Shown: positions 48,940 to 60,507 of the stretch, in pieces
How positions within the stretch are numbered: the first letter of the stretch is position 1
Layout: each line of letters opens with the position of its first letter
NCBI GenBank assembly: GCA_034434815.1
Contig: DAOTYO010000036.1
Location: forward strand, 3,673 to 67,672
DNA length: 64,000 nucleotides
Direction of reading: 5' to 3'
From: Dehalococcoidia bacterium
Lineage (GTDB): Bacteria > Chloroflexota > Dehalococcoidia > SZUA-161 > SpSt-899
The notes under the pieces: model-generated
Told to the model about the DNA's origin: nothing
The model's input: the letters and a program-made list of their open reading frames with translations, nothing else
The model's database searches: none
Made by a program: the position numbers and the translations under genes

Positions 48940-49956
48940 TCAATTGATCAGCACATTTCGCTCGCCCGGGATAACTTCACCGATAACCCTTGCGCCGGGA
49001 AGGGCCGCGAGCAATTCGTCCGCGTCCGCGGGTGAGCAGAAGATCGCCATGCCGATCCCCATGTTGAAGACGCGATACATCTCGCGCTCATCGATCTTTC
49101 CTTGCCGCTGAATCATCTTGAAGATCGGTGGGACCTCCCAGCTTTCTTTGCGGATGTGGGCCGCGATCGGAGATCGAAAGAGGCGGGGGATGTTGTCGAG
49201 CAGTCCCCCTCCGGTGATATGAGCCAACCCTTTGATCCGGGGCAGAAGGGGTTTGAGATCGTGAAGATAGCACCGGTGAGGGGTCAATAGCGCCTCCCCG
49301 AGGGTCGAGCCCAGCTCTGCATGGAAGGTTTTGAGCACCGTGGGCTCGGTGCCGAATATCTTTCTCACGAGCGAATAGCCGTTGGTGTGAAGTCCGCTCG
49401 AGGGGAGCCCGATGATGGTATCGCCGGGGGCGATGGATGTGCCGTCCAGAATCCTCGGCCGTTCCACCACGCCTACGATGAACCCGACCAGATCGTAATC
49501 CCCCGCTGCATAGAGGCCGGGCATCTCTGCCGTCTCGCCGCCGATGAGGGCGCAACGGGCATTCCGGCAGGCTTCGGCCAAGCCCTTCACCACGTCGGCT
49601 ATTTGTTCCGGAACGAGCTTGCCGGTGCCGATGTAATCGAGGAAGAAAAGTGGCTCGGCGCCGCAGGTGAGGATATCGTTCACACAGTGATTGACGAGAT
49701 CGATGCCCACGGTATCGTGTCTTCCGAGGGCTGCGGCGATCTTGAGCTTGGTTCCCACGCCGTCTGCGCTGGCTACGAGGACGGGGTTCTCGTAGCCTTT
49801 GAACTCGAAGAGGCCGCCGAAGAAGCCGATATCTCCCAGAACTTCAGGGCGCCGGGCGATGCGGGCGCGTTCTTTGATGAGCGCTTTGGCGCGGTCGGCG
49901 GCATCGATATCCACGCCGGCGGCGGCATAGGCGGAGCGATTCTTACTGTTGCTCAT
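48940..49956 (-). CDS. purM: phosphoribosylformylglycinamidine cyclo-ligase (AIR synthetase)
   Basis: …YAAAGVDIDA…, …VASADGVGTKL…, …GGETAEMPG…. Confidence 0.95.
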   Translation of the reverse strand: MSNSKNRSAYAAAGVDIDAADRAKALIKERARIARRPEVLGDIGFFGGLFEFKGYENPVLVASADGVGTKLKIAAALGRHDTVGIDLVNHCVNDILTCGAEPLFFLDYIGTGKLVPEQIADVVKGLAEACRNARCALIGGETAEMPGLYAAGDYDLVGFIVGVVERPRILDGTSIAPGDTIIGLPSSGLHTNGYSLVRKIFGTEPTVLKTFHAELGSTLGEALLTPHRCYLHDLKPLLPRIKGLAHITGGGLLDNIPRLFRSPIAAHIRKESWEVPPIFKMIQRQGKIDEREMYRVFNMGIGMAIFCSPADADELLAALPGARVIGEVIPGERNVLIN

Positions 49957-49972
49957 AAGAGGGATCCGGACG

Positions 49973-51409
49973 CTAATCCCCGGCGAGCGTCTTTTCCGGG
50001 CTCAACGCCGCCACCGGAGGCTCGAGGGCGAATTTATCGAGTTCGAGCTGAATGGGCACCGGATAGTTGCCGGTGAAGCAAGCCAGACAGAACATCTCTC
50101 TGGGAAGTCCCACGGACGCGATGAGCCCTTCGATGCTGAGGTATCCCAGCGAATCGGCGCCGATCCACTGGCAGATCTCGGGAACCGACTTGTGGGCAGC
50201 GATGAGCTCACGCCGGGTGGCCATATCGATCCCGAACACGCACGGATGGCGAATTGGGGGGGCGCAGATCCGGAAGTGGACCTCCTTGGTGCCGGCCTTC
50301 CGCAGGAGTTCGACGATCCGCGGGGTGGTAGTTCCCCGGACGATGCTATCGTCCACCACGACCACTCGCTTGCCGGCGAGCACTTCCGTGAGTGGACTGA
50401 ATTTGAGGCGGACGCCCACATCTCGGAGCCGCTGATCGGGCTGGATGAAGGTGCGGCCCACGTATCGGCTCTTGATCAATCCTTCCCCGAAGGGGATGCC
50501 CGAGGCCTGTGAGTACCCCACAGCGGCGGCGGTAGCGGAATCGGGGACGCCGATGACGATATCGGCGTTCACGGGGTGCTCGCGGGAGAGGGCTGCCCCC
50601 ATGGCCTGCCGGGCGGCATAGAGCCGTCTCCCGGCAATGGTGCTATCCGGCCGGGCAAAATAAATGAACTCGAAGATGCACAGGGCCCTTTCCCCGGAAG
50701 GGGTTTCCGCCGGGTAACTGCGGAGCCCCGTTTGGTCGATGGATACGATCTCGCCGGGCATGATGGATCGCTGATATTGAAAGCCGAGCTGATCCATGGC
50801 GCAACTCTCGGAAGCGATGGCCCATCCCGTGCCGTTGACCGTTCCAATGCAAAGAGGCCGAACGCCGAGATAGTCGCGCACGCCGATGAGTTGGTCTTTC
50901 GTCATGATGACCAAGCTATAGGCCCCCTGAAGACGGGCCATGGCGTGCCGGATCTTCTCGACGAGGGAAATCCCCGGTGAAGCACAGATGAGCTGGGCGA
51001 TCACCTCGGAATCGGTCGAGGTGCGGAAGGAATATCCTTGAGCTTCGAGCTCGCTGCGCAAATAGGGGGCATTGATGAGGTTTCCATTGTGGCCCAATGC
51101 CATTTCCCCCATGGGGCCGCGTACAACGATCGGCTGGGCGTTGACGAAGTGACTCGAACCGGTGGTGGAATATCGGTTGTGGCCGATGGCGATGTGACCG
51201 CGGAGCCGCTGGAGGATATCCTCCGTGAAAACCTGGGATACCAATCCCATGTCGGCGTAGAGAAGAATGCTCTGCCCATCGCTCGTGGCGATGCCGCTGC
51301 TCTCTTGGCCGCGGTGTTGGAGGGAGTAGAGGCCGAAATATGTGAGTCTGGCGACGTCTTCCTTCGGCGCAAAAATCCCAAAGATGCCGCAAGACTCATG
51401 CAGGGACAT
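49973..51409 (-). CDS. purF: amidophosphoribosyltransferase
   Basis: Ntn propeptide then …CGIFGIF…, PRPP-binding …VVVVDDSIVRGTT…. Start taken at MSLHESC (the ORF track extends 29 codons further upstream to 51496). Confidence 0.9.
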   Translation of the reverse strand: MSLHESCGIFGIFAPKEDVARLTYFGLYSLQHRGQESSGIATSDGQSILLYADMGLVSQVFTEDILQRLRGHIAIGHNRYSTTGSSHFVNAQPIVVRGPMGEMALGHNGNLINAPYLRSELEAQGYSFRTSTDSEVIAQLICASPGISLVEKIRHAMARLQGAYSLVIMTKDQLIGVRDYLGVRPLCIGTVNGTGWAIASESCAMDQLGFQYQRSIMPGEIVSIDQTGLRSYPAETPSGERALCIFEFIYFARPDSTIAGRRLYAARQAMGAALSREHPVNADIVIGVPDSATAAAVGYSQASGIPFGEGLIKSRYVGRTFIQPDQRLRDVGVRLKFSPLTEVLAGKRVVVVDDSIVRGTTTPRIVELLRKAGTKEVHFRICAPPIRHPCVFGIDMATRRELIAAHKSVPEICQWIGADSLGYLSIEGLIASVGLPREMFCLACFTGNYPVPIQLELDKFALEPPVAALSPEKTLAGD

Positions 51410-51568
51410 AAATGTTCTGTGCTCCAGATTAGGCACCCCTATTATAGGCCCTCTGTGATTTTGGGTCAAGGCAGTTGGGAGGCATGGAAAGAGCAATTGA
51501 GATGGCGCGGAGTACTGATGGAAGACCCTCCAACGGGGCCCGCTGGGGGTGCACCCGTTTTTTCCGGT

Positions 51569-51595
51569 CCCCCTCTCCGAGATCGGAAAGGGGGA
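51569..51595. repeat. REP-like palindrome CCCCCTCTCCG-AGAT-CGGAAAGGGGG (copy 3 of 3)
   Basis: Imperfect member of the same palindrome family. Located in the purF / groES divergent region. Confidence 0.4.
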
Positions 51596-51729
51596 CTATG
51601 AGGGGAGGTTGATTCACCCATAGGTTGACCGCGATCACCCCCGGCGTGAACCTTCTGAACGCTAGGTCGTGGATTACGGGCGCGGGCGATTATCTTGACA
51701 ACCGCCATTTCAGTATGATAAAAGATCAG

Positions 51730-51756
51730 TTAGCACTCTCATGATGAGAGTGCTAA
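51730..51756 (+). promoter_or_regulatory. CIRCE operator (HrcA-binding site) upstream of groES
   Basis: TTAGCACTC-N9-GAGTGCTAA is a perfect match to the CIRCE consensus. Preceded by TTGACA (51695-51700). Confidence 0.9.
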
Positions 51757-51795
51757 ACCAAGCAAAACTAAAATAAAAACAGATGGAGGTAGGTG

Positions 51796-53725
<1,930 letters not shown>

Positions 53726-53760
53726 ACCCTGACCGATGAGGATCGGTGTTGGGTGAGGAA

Positions 53761-53806
53761 GGGAGGGGGCGGCCCGCCTTTGGCGGGCCGCCCCCTCCCT
53801 TTTTAG
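53761..53806. terminator. strong intrinsic terminator after groEL (bidirectional, also follows thpR)
   Basis: GGGAGGGGGCGGCCCGCC-TTTG-GCGGGCCGCCCCCTCCC followed by TTTTTA. Confidence 0.85.
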
Positions 53807-53812
53807 CGGACC

Positions 53813-54409
53813 TTAACCGGCTTGCGGCATCAGCGGAATCACGCTTACGCGATCATACAGAGGCCCTTTGGGTGTCAGCGTGCTTTTCATGAGGCATATG
53901 TGGGTTACGGGAATGGCAATCCCCTTCGGCATTTCAATCATCCCTAGCTTCTTCCCCAGCTCTGCCCGTTCCTTGGGAAATATGCCCTCCCGCACCCGGC
54001 CGAGCGTGAGATGAGGTGAAAATTCCTTGCCCTCGGGTGCAAAGCCCAATGGAGTCAAGGCTCTCTCGATCTCCTTTTGCAGCGCTTGGAGTGTGGGGAT
54101 ATCTCCGCTCACCCCCGCCCAGATCACGCGGGGGGTTCGATCATTCGGGAAAGCCCCCAGCCCGTTCATTTCTAAGAGGAAAGGCTTGATCGTCCGGGCG
54201 GCTTGCCGGATGGCCTCTGTAACCTCCGGTGCTTTCTCGAAACGCGTGTTTCCCAGAAACTTCAGCGTCAGATGAATGAGTTGGGGATCGACCCACTTGA
54301 CCGATCTTTCGTGGCCGGCTCTGAGCTCAGCGATCACGCGGGAAAGCTCCTCGTGCACCGGCGGCGGCAGTTCGATGGCAATGAACGCTCGGAATTCTTC
54401 CATCATCAC
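53813..54409 (-). CDS. thpR: RNA 2',3'-cyclic phosphodiesterase (2H family, ThpR/LigT)
   Basis: Two H-x-T-x motifs (…HLTLKFLG… and …HLTLGRV…). Confidence 0.75.
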   Translation of the reverse strand: MMMEEFRAFIAIELPPPVHEELSRVIAELRAGHERSVKWVDPQLIHLTLKFLGNTRFEKAPEVTEAIRQAARTIKPFLLEMNGLGAFPNDRTPRVIWAGVSGDIPTLQALQKEIERALTPLGFAPEGKEFSPHLTLGRVREGIFPKERAELGKKLGMIEMPKGIAIPVTHICLMKSTLTPKGPLYDRVSVIPLMPQAG

Positions 54410-55242
54410 AACCCCAGAAGACGTTGTGCGTTCTCCCCAAGGATGAGGGCCTTGCTTTCATCCGGCATCGGCAGATCGCGAAGCCGCTTGATGATCCGGA
54501 TCTGGGTGATGAGGGGGAAATCGCTTCCGAAGAGGATTTTCCCCGGCCCCACGAGCTCGGCCACCCGGAGGAAGACATCGTATTTGTACAGAAAGGGTGA
54601 GGCAGCGGTATCGAAGTAGACGTTCTTGAGGGCCTCGCCCACTTCCGGCATGAGGGCGTAGAAGGGAAGCCCCCCTCCCCAGTGAGCGCAGACGATCGGC
54701 GCATCGGGAAAAGCGGCGATGAACCGGTAGAGCATCCCCGGAAAGACATTGCCCTTCCCCGGATAGATGTGCCCCACCGGCTCCGAGGAGTGCGTGAGGA
54801 TAATCATGCCGTGCTCTTTGGCCGCTTCGACGATGGGTGCCATCAGCGCCTTTTCCCCTAAATCGAACCCCTGAATGTGGGGCATGAGTTCCCCCACCCC
54901 CCTCAAGCCGCCCCGGGCGCAGCGTTCGATCTCCAGAGGGGCGTCGTTCGATTGCGGCACGATGGTGCAAAATCCGATAAGTCGCTTGGGATATTTGGCC
55001 ACCGATTCCATGATGTAGTCGTTGGTCTCATGACAAAGCTCCGGCCGGGTCCAACCGATATTGGTGACGACTGAAACGTCAATGCCGTCACGTTCCATGC
55101 TCTCGATGAGGTCTTCGGCGGTGGCCATCTTGGCTTTTGGGTCCGAGTAAAGATCACGGAAGCAAGGGTCCCGGGAGACGAGCGATTCGCGGCGCTCCTT
55201 GATGGACGGCGGGACGATGTGGGTGTGGAAATCAATGATCAC
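54406..55242 (-). CDS. amidohydrolase-2 family TIM-barrel metal-dependent hydrolase
   Basis: …IIDFHTHIVP…, …HWGGG… and …FGSDFP… metal-ligand motifs. Confidence 0.7.
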   Translation of the reverse strand: MIIDFHTHIVPPSIKERRESLVSRDPCFRDLYSDPKAKMATAEDLIESMERDGIDVSVVTNIGWTRPELCHETNDYIMESVAKYPKRLIGFCTIVPQSNDAPLEIERCARGGLRGVGELMPHIQGFDLGEKALMAPIVEAAKEHGMIILTHSSEPVGHIYPGKGNVFPGMLYRFIAAFPDAPIVCAHWGGGLPFYALMPEVGEALKNVYFDTAASPFLYKYDVFLRVAELVGPGKILFGSDFPLITQIRIIKRLRDLPMPDESKALILGENAQRLLGL

Positions 55243-55354
55243 GGTGGCATTATATCAATGCCGCTTGGCGGGGGTCAATTTGAATCTCCCGCTCTATACG
55301 CGGCGTATGCCTTTGCCCTATAATTCATTCGATTAGAAGCCTTCGAGATGGCTC

Positions 55355-57061
55355 ATGGTTGAAGATCTGAGTTTGCTGGCGAGCATGGCCCTTGTCCTCG
55401 GCGTCGCCCTCGGTGCCGGACTTCTGCTCAGTCTCCTCAGGTTGCCGATGATCCTTGGTTATCTGGTTGCCGGCATTGTCATCGGACCCTATGTGTTGGG
55501 CTTGGTCGAGCACATTGAAGATGTCGAGATGCTGGCGACCATCGGTGTTGTCCTCCTCATGTTCACGCTGGGATTGGAGCTCTCTCCAAACACCTTGCGG
55601 CGGGTGGGCAAGGTGGCCATTTTGGGGGGAATCGCCCAGATCGCCGCCACGACCATTCTCGGGTTTGGGATCGGTTTCCTTTTCGATTGGTCCGTCAAAG
55701 AGGCGGTGCTTTTCGGCTTCTTCATCTCCATGAGCAGTACGGTCATCGTCATGAAGCTTCTCATGGACCGCGGGGATCTCGGCAGCGTACATGGCCGCAT
55801 CATGATCGGCATTCTTCTGGTTCAGGACTTGAGTGTGGTCCCGATCATGGCCGTGCTCCCTTCGCTGGAGAAATCGGGCATGGCTCTCCTGACCGATCTG
55901 GGATGGGCGTTGCTGAAGGCCGATGCGTTTCTGGTTGCGGTCCTCGTTCTGGGGGGATGGGGACTCCCCCGGCTCGTGAGGCGCGTAGTGGTGCGCCGAT
56001 CGCGGGAGTTGTTTCTGCTGGCCATTGTCTGCGTTTGCTTCGGGGCGGGGTTCGCCGCCTATCATCTGGGGCTCTCCATCGCGCTGGGGGCGTTTCTGGC
56101 CGGTCTCCTCCTCAGCGAATCGGATTACGCTCATCAGGCCCGGGCCGATATCCGGCCTCTCAGGGATGTCTTCTCCGTTCTCTTTTTCGTTGCTCTGGGC
56201 ATGCTCGCCGATCCCGCCTTTATCGCCGATAACCCCGGGAAGATCGCCATCGTGGTGGCCGTGGTCGTGATCGGAAAATTCGCTATCGTCGTGTTGATCC
56301 TTCGGGCGTTCGGGCACAAAACCAAAACCGATCTTTTTGCCGGAAGCGGGCTTTTCCAGATCGGCGAGTTCAGTTTTGTGCTGGCGGCGCTGGCTCTGAG
56401 CGAAGATCTGATCTCGGATGATCTATATGCTACGGTCATGGCCACGGCGTTTATTACGATCCTCCTTACCCCGTTCGCCATGACGCTCACTTCGCATCTC
56501 TACTACCGGAAGATCGGGAAGAAAGAGGGCTTCGCCAAAGATGGTTCCCGGGAAGCTGCGGTGGAAAACGATCTTCGGCCGTCGTCTGCGAGGACGCTCT
56601 CCAATCATGTGGTGATGTGTGGGTACGGCAAGATAGCGCGATATCTCGGCCGGGTGCTGGAGCAACGCGGGTTTTCATATCTCGTGATCGATCTGGACCC
56701 TGACGCCATCGAGCTTGCCCGCAAAAAAGGGGTTCCGGCAATCTTCGGGGATGCTTGCAATCCGGAGATTCTGGCTGAGGCGTGCCTTGAGAGGGCCCGG
56801 ATTCTGATTGTGGGGTTTGCTGATCCGATTGCCACAAAGCTGATCGTCCGGAACGCGAAGCGGATCAATCGCCGCCTCGATATTGTGGCCCGGGCATACG
56901 GCGATGAAGAGACCAAAGCGTTGCGGGCCGACGGGGCCTCCGAGGTGGTGAGGCCGGATCTGGAGGTGGGACTGGAAATCGTTCGTCATACTTTGCACCG
57001 CTTCGGCATGACCCCTCAGGAAATTCAATATGTGCTGAGCAAACTTCGCGAGGAGTTCTAA
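55355..57061 (+). CDS. CPA2-family cation:proton antiporter with C-terminal TrkA/RCK domain
   Basis: ~12 TM Na+/H+ exchanger core followed by …VVMCGYGKIARYLGRVL… Rossmann RCK-N. Confidence 0.85.
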   Translation: MVEDLSLLASMALVLGVALGAGLLLSLLRLPMILGYLVAGIVIGPYVLGLVEHIEDVEMLATIGVVLLMFTLGLELSPNTLRRVGKVAILGGIAQIAATTILGFGIGFLFDWSVKEAVLFGFFISMSSTVIVMKLLMDRGDLGSVHGRIMIGILLVQDLSVVPIMAVLPSLEKSGMALLTDLGWALLKADAFLVAVLVLGGWGLPRLVRRVVVRRSRELFLLAIVCVCFGAGFAAYHLGLSIALGAFLAGLLLSESDYAHQARADIRPLRDVFSVLFFVALGMLADPAFIADNPGKIAIVVAVVVIGKFAIVVLILRAFGHKTKTDLFAGSGLFQIGEFSFVLAALALSEDLISDDLYATVMATAFITILLTPFAMTLTSHLYYRKIGKKEGFAKDGSREAAVENDLRPSSARTLSNHVVMCGYGKIARYLGRVLEQRGFSYLVIDLDPDAIELARKKGVPAIFGDACNPEILAEACLERARILIVGFADPIATKLIVRNAKRINRRLDIVARAYGDEETKALRADGASEVVRPDLEVGLEIVRHTLHRFGMTPQEIQYVLSKLREEF

Positions 57062-57085
57062 TCTCTCTGGAATGGGGACCATGCG

Positions 57086-57919
57086 ATGAAAGATTACTAT
57101 GCAATTCTGGGCGTTCCGGAGAACGCCGCTCCCGAGGAGATCAAGAGCGCTTTTCGGCGGCTTGCTTTCCAGTATCATCCCGATAAGAATCCGGGCAATG
57201 AGAAACAGGCCAGCGAACGATTCAAGGAGATCAACGAGGCCTACAGCGTGCTGTGCGATGAATCCCGAAGGCGCGAGTACGATGCGTGCCGGCGCGGCGC
57301 CTTCGCCGGCACCCGAAGGGCTTCCACCGGATTCGATTATACTCAGGAAGAGATCTTCAGGCGCGCCTTCGCCAGCGAAGCCCTCTATCAGGAGTTGCTC
57401 CGCATGTTCGCGCAGATGGGACTGCGCTTCGATGAGGACTTTCGAAACCGCGTGTTCTTCGGCGGGCGGGGCATACGCTTCGAGTTCCGCGTAGGTTCGT
57501 GGGAGTCGCCGGTATCCGGTCGGACCGAGAGGGTGGGATTCGGCGAAAGAGAGCCTTCGTGTGCCAAGGGCCGTCAACCGGCTATAAAGAGGCCGAATTG
57601 GATTGAACGGAAGCTTTTCAAGATGCTCGGCAAACTCACCGGCTATCTCTTGCGGAAGGCACTGGGCGCTCAGCCGATTTTGCCGGCAAGAGGAAGAGAT
57701 ATCCAAAGGGATCTGACGATCTCGGCCGAAGAGGCGCGTCTGGGGTGCTGCAAGAAGATCCGTTATAAACGAGGCAGAGAAAAGAAGACCCTCGAGGTGA
57801 CCGTTCCGGCCGGCATTGTCTCCGGGATGAGGGTCAAGCTGCGGGGAATGGGGGAGGGGGGGGAAGAGCCGGGGGACCTTTACCTGCGCATCACGGTGAA
57901 GCCGCGGGGGCGGGGGTAA
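57086..57919 (+). CDS. J-domain protein (DnaJ-like, no Zn-finger domain)
   Basis: …DYYAILGV…, …YHPDKNPG…, C-terminal DnaJ-CTD-like segment. Confidence 0.7.
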   Translation: MKDYYAILGVPENAAPEEIKSAFRRLAFQYHPDKNPGNEKQASERFKEINEAYSVLCDESRRREYDACRRGAFAGTRRASTGFDYTQEEIFRRAFASEALYQELLRMFAQMGLRFDEDFRNRVFFGGRGIRFEFRVGSWESPVSGRTERVGFGEREPSCAKGRQPAIKRPNWIERKLFKMLGKLTGYLLRKALGAQPILPARGRDIQRDLTISAEEARLGCCKKIRYKRGREKKTLEVTVPAGIVSGMRVKLRGMGEGGEEPGDLYLRITVKPRGRG

Positions 57920-57925
57920 GTGTCG

Positions 57926-58741
57926 TTACTCCTCTTCCTCTTCGTCTTCTTCATCATCGTTGTTGTCCCGTGGGTTGCGCTCCCAGATCGGCTGGGTGAA
58001 GTGGTCGATGTACTTGACCATCATCTCCTGAGAGAGGGCCTTCATCATTTGGGCCATTTGTTCGGCTTCTTTGGCGATTGGTGAGAGATCGATATCGAGA
58101 TCGAGCACCTTGGTCAGCACTTGGAGCACCGCATAGGAAGCGATGGGATTCGGCATTTCCGCTGCGTACTGGGGGGTTTCGCCGAGGAAGCATATTCCAT
58201 CCATCCCCCGTTCCCGCGCGGCCCCGAGAAGGAGCCCGTTGAGTCCCCGGATCTGAAAATCACCCGCAAGGGTCACATCGTATTTCTTTATTTCCCGTAT
58301 GAGCCGGGAATCGGTGGCCGCCACGAGTACCCGGGATTTTTCCACACTGTGTTGGACCATGGCCGATGCACAGGTGTAGATCCGCTTCACTCTGAACCTT
58401 TCCGCCGCATCAAGGACCACATGGGCCAGATCGTAGTGATGCTGATCGGGCTGGGCATCGCAATAGAAGATGATCAGATCGCTCTTCCCCTTGGGCGTTT
58501 TGGCCAGATAGAAGGTGCTTTCGGGGAAGACGGGAATCTGGGCGACGTTTTGCGTGACGCGGATTCCCACGGGGATGAAGAAGTCCTCGGGCTCTATTTG
58601 GGCGAACGGCTCGGCATCCAGCGCCTCGCGAAGGTAGGCCGCTACCTCGAGGGCGACATTGCTGACCCCCGGCCAAGCGGCCAGCATGACCGGTTTCTTG
58701 AACCGGGGGTACCGATACATCGTCAGAGGATCGTAGTCCAT
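57926..58741 (-). CDS. PAC2-family (proteasome assembly chaperone-like) protein with acidic tail
   Basis: 271 aa, C-terminal DDEEDEEEEE. Overall resemblance to archaeal/actinobacterial PAC2 proteins; family call from memory. Confidence 0.5.
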   Translation of the reverse strand: MDYDPLTMYRYPRFKKPVMLAAWPGVSNVALEVAAYLREALDAEPFAQIEPEDFFIPVGIRVTQNVAQIPVFPESTFYLAKTPKGKSDLIIFYCDAQPDQHHYDLAHVVLDAAERFRVKRIYTCASAMVQHSVEKSRVLVAATDSRLIREIKKYDVTLAGDFQIRGLNGLLLGAARERGMDGICFLGETPQYAAEMPNPIASYAVLQVLTKVLDLDIDLSPIAKEAEQMAQMMKALSQEMMVKYIDHFTQPIWERNPRDNNDDEEDEEEEE

Positions 58742-58825
58742 TGAGCGAAAGAAACTCCCGCCGCGATAGTATGCGACAAGAGCATTGTATCATACCTGTG
58801 TTGTCGGGAAAACACCGGTTTATAG

Positions 58826-59038
58826 CCCCAAAAGAGCGATTCCGCTTTGCGGCCTTCACCCTCAGGGTGAATACCATGATCTCCTCACTCCGGACCTCGC
58901 CCCCAAGTCCCCCCTATTCGACGAACGATCAGGCTTCTTCGATCCCACCCACCCGCCCAAAGGGTTTTCTTGGGGGACACCCCCAATCCCCCGAGAGAGG
59001 TATCTTGTGCACGCTCTTCTTCAATCGCTCTTTTTGGC
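58826..59038 (-). mobile_element. MITE-like repeat, copy C (inverted orientation)
   Basis: The reverse complement reads CCAAAAAGAGCGATTGAAGAAGAGCGTGCACAAGATACCTCTCTCGGGGGATTGGGGGTGTCCCCCAAGAAAACCCTTTGGGCGGGTGGGTGGGATC…TTCACCCTGAGGGTGAAGGCCGCAAAGCGGAATCGCTCTTTTGGGG. Left half nearly identical to copy D. Confidence 0.7.
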
Positions 59039-59121
59039 TATGGGCAATCTCGGTATGCTCGTCTGCGGCGAGGGGAAACAAAAGTCTTCAATCAGATAGG
59101 AGGCGGTTTGGGTCCGTTTCC

Positions 59122-60411
59122 TCATCTATGCTGACGGGGCGCTTTCGAGGTTCCGGGCCTTCTCATGGCCAATACGAGGGGGATGGAGAGGAAATTGGCG
59201 ATGGCGAAGGCGATCCATGCGGGCTGATAGTCTCCGCCTGAATCGAACACCCACCCGGCCACTACCGGCCCGATGACTCCCCCGAGGGTCACGACTCCCA
59301 TGAGAAGCCCCTGAATCGCCCCGAAAGCGCTTCTTCCGAAGTAGTCTCTTTGGATTGCGGGCCGAAGCGCAATGGCCCCCCCATATCCAATCCCGAAAGT
59401 GATCAGAAAAAGGGCGATCGCTGCGGTGTTCGGGGCATAGCAGAATGCCCCGAGTCCGATGATTTGGAGAACCACACTCCAGGCCAGAATCCCCTTTTTT
59501 GAGTAGATATCGCCGGCCCACCCCAATCCCATTCTCCCCAAGATGCTCGCCAGCGGGAGAAATGTGGTGGTAACCCAGATCATGCCTGTGGATGCCTCCT
59601 CATCGTCTAGATAGGAGGCGACCAGCGCGGTCACGGCGTTCATTCCCATGAATCCGATGGCCGCGGAGACGGCGAGGAACCAGAAGGCCTGTGCTCTCAA
59701 TGCCTGCCGCGGGGAGAGTTCCGGGCCGGAAGCCCCGGCATCGTTCGAAGCACTTTGAGCGCTGGGGACGGCTGTACCATCGGGCACGTATCCGCAATCT
59801 TCCGGTCGGCGGCGGATGATGGAGCCTAGGAGGGGAACCGCCACACACGTTCCTGCCCCCAAGACGATCGAGGCCGTCTGCCAACCGTGGGCATCCACCA
59901 GCCATCCCACTCCGGGCATGAGAATCCCCCCCAATCCAAAGCCGGCAAGGGTCAGCCCCATGGCAAGTCCCACTCGCCGACGGAACCAGTTGGCGACAAC
60001 GGTGGTGAGCACCACGCTTCCACAGGCGCTGAAGCCGAGGGCTACAAAGACGAAGACGGCGTAGAACATGGGGAGTGAATTCGTTTGACTGAGGAGAATG
60101 AACCCGATGCCGCCCATGAGTCCGCCGCCCACGAGGAGCCGGCGCGGACCCCACCGGTTCACGGCAAAGCCGACGATGGGAGCCGCGATGCCCAGTTCGA
60201 TCGTCCTGAGGGATACGGCCCACATGATGGTCGCATGGCTCCATCCGAATTCCTCCGCCATGGGATCCACAAAAAAGGTGATCCCATAGAAAAAAGCGCC
60301 GGTGATCATGGCGATGAGGACGGAGGCCAGAACGATCCACCATCCGTAGAAGACCCGCTGTTCCCTCATGAAGAAGCGATCTCCCGCAACCAACCGGGGA
60401 ATCCGAGTCAA
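59122..60411 (-). CDS. MFS transporter
   Basis: 12 TM segments, …GRRLLVGGG…-type loop motifs; 429 aa. Confidence 0.8.
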   Translation of the reverse strand: MTRIPRLVAGDRFFMREQRVFYGWWIVLASVLIAMITGAFFYGITFFVDPMAEEFGWSHATIMWAVSLRTIELGIAAPIVGFAVNRWGPRRLLVGGGLMGGIGFILLSQTNSLPMFYAVFVFVALGFSACGSVVLTTVVANWFRRRVGLAMGLTLAGFGLGGILMPGVGWLVDAHGWQTASIVLGAGTCVAVPLLGSIIRRRPEDCGYVPDGTAVPSAQSASNDAGASGPELSPRQALRAQAFWFLAVSAAIGFMGMNAVTALVASYLDDEEASTGMIWVTTTFLPLASILGRMGLGWAGDIYSKKGILAWSVVLQIIGLGAFCYAPNTAAIALFLITFGIGYGGAIALRPAIQRDYFGRSAFGAIQGLLMGVVTLGGVIGPVVAGWVFDSGGDYQPAWIAFAIANFLSIPLVLAMRRPGTSKAPRQHR

Positions 60412-60507
60412 TAGTAGCAGAGTTTGAAGCGGATACCAAAATATGGGGACAGTGCGCTCGGAAAGTTCTTTCGAGCTTGTGTTCTTCGAAGGGCGCGAGC
60501 GGGATCG

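Noticed and set aside
59600-60439. Alternative-frame 279-aa minus ORF overlapping the MFS transporter gene
   Set aside because: The same strand but different frame from the 429-aa MFS ORF, which has 12 coherent TM segments. The alternative frame is His/Arg/Gly-rich without TM periodicity.
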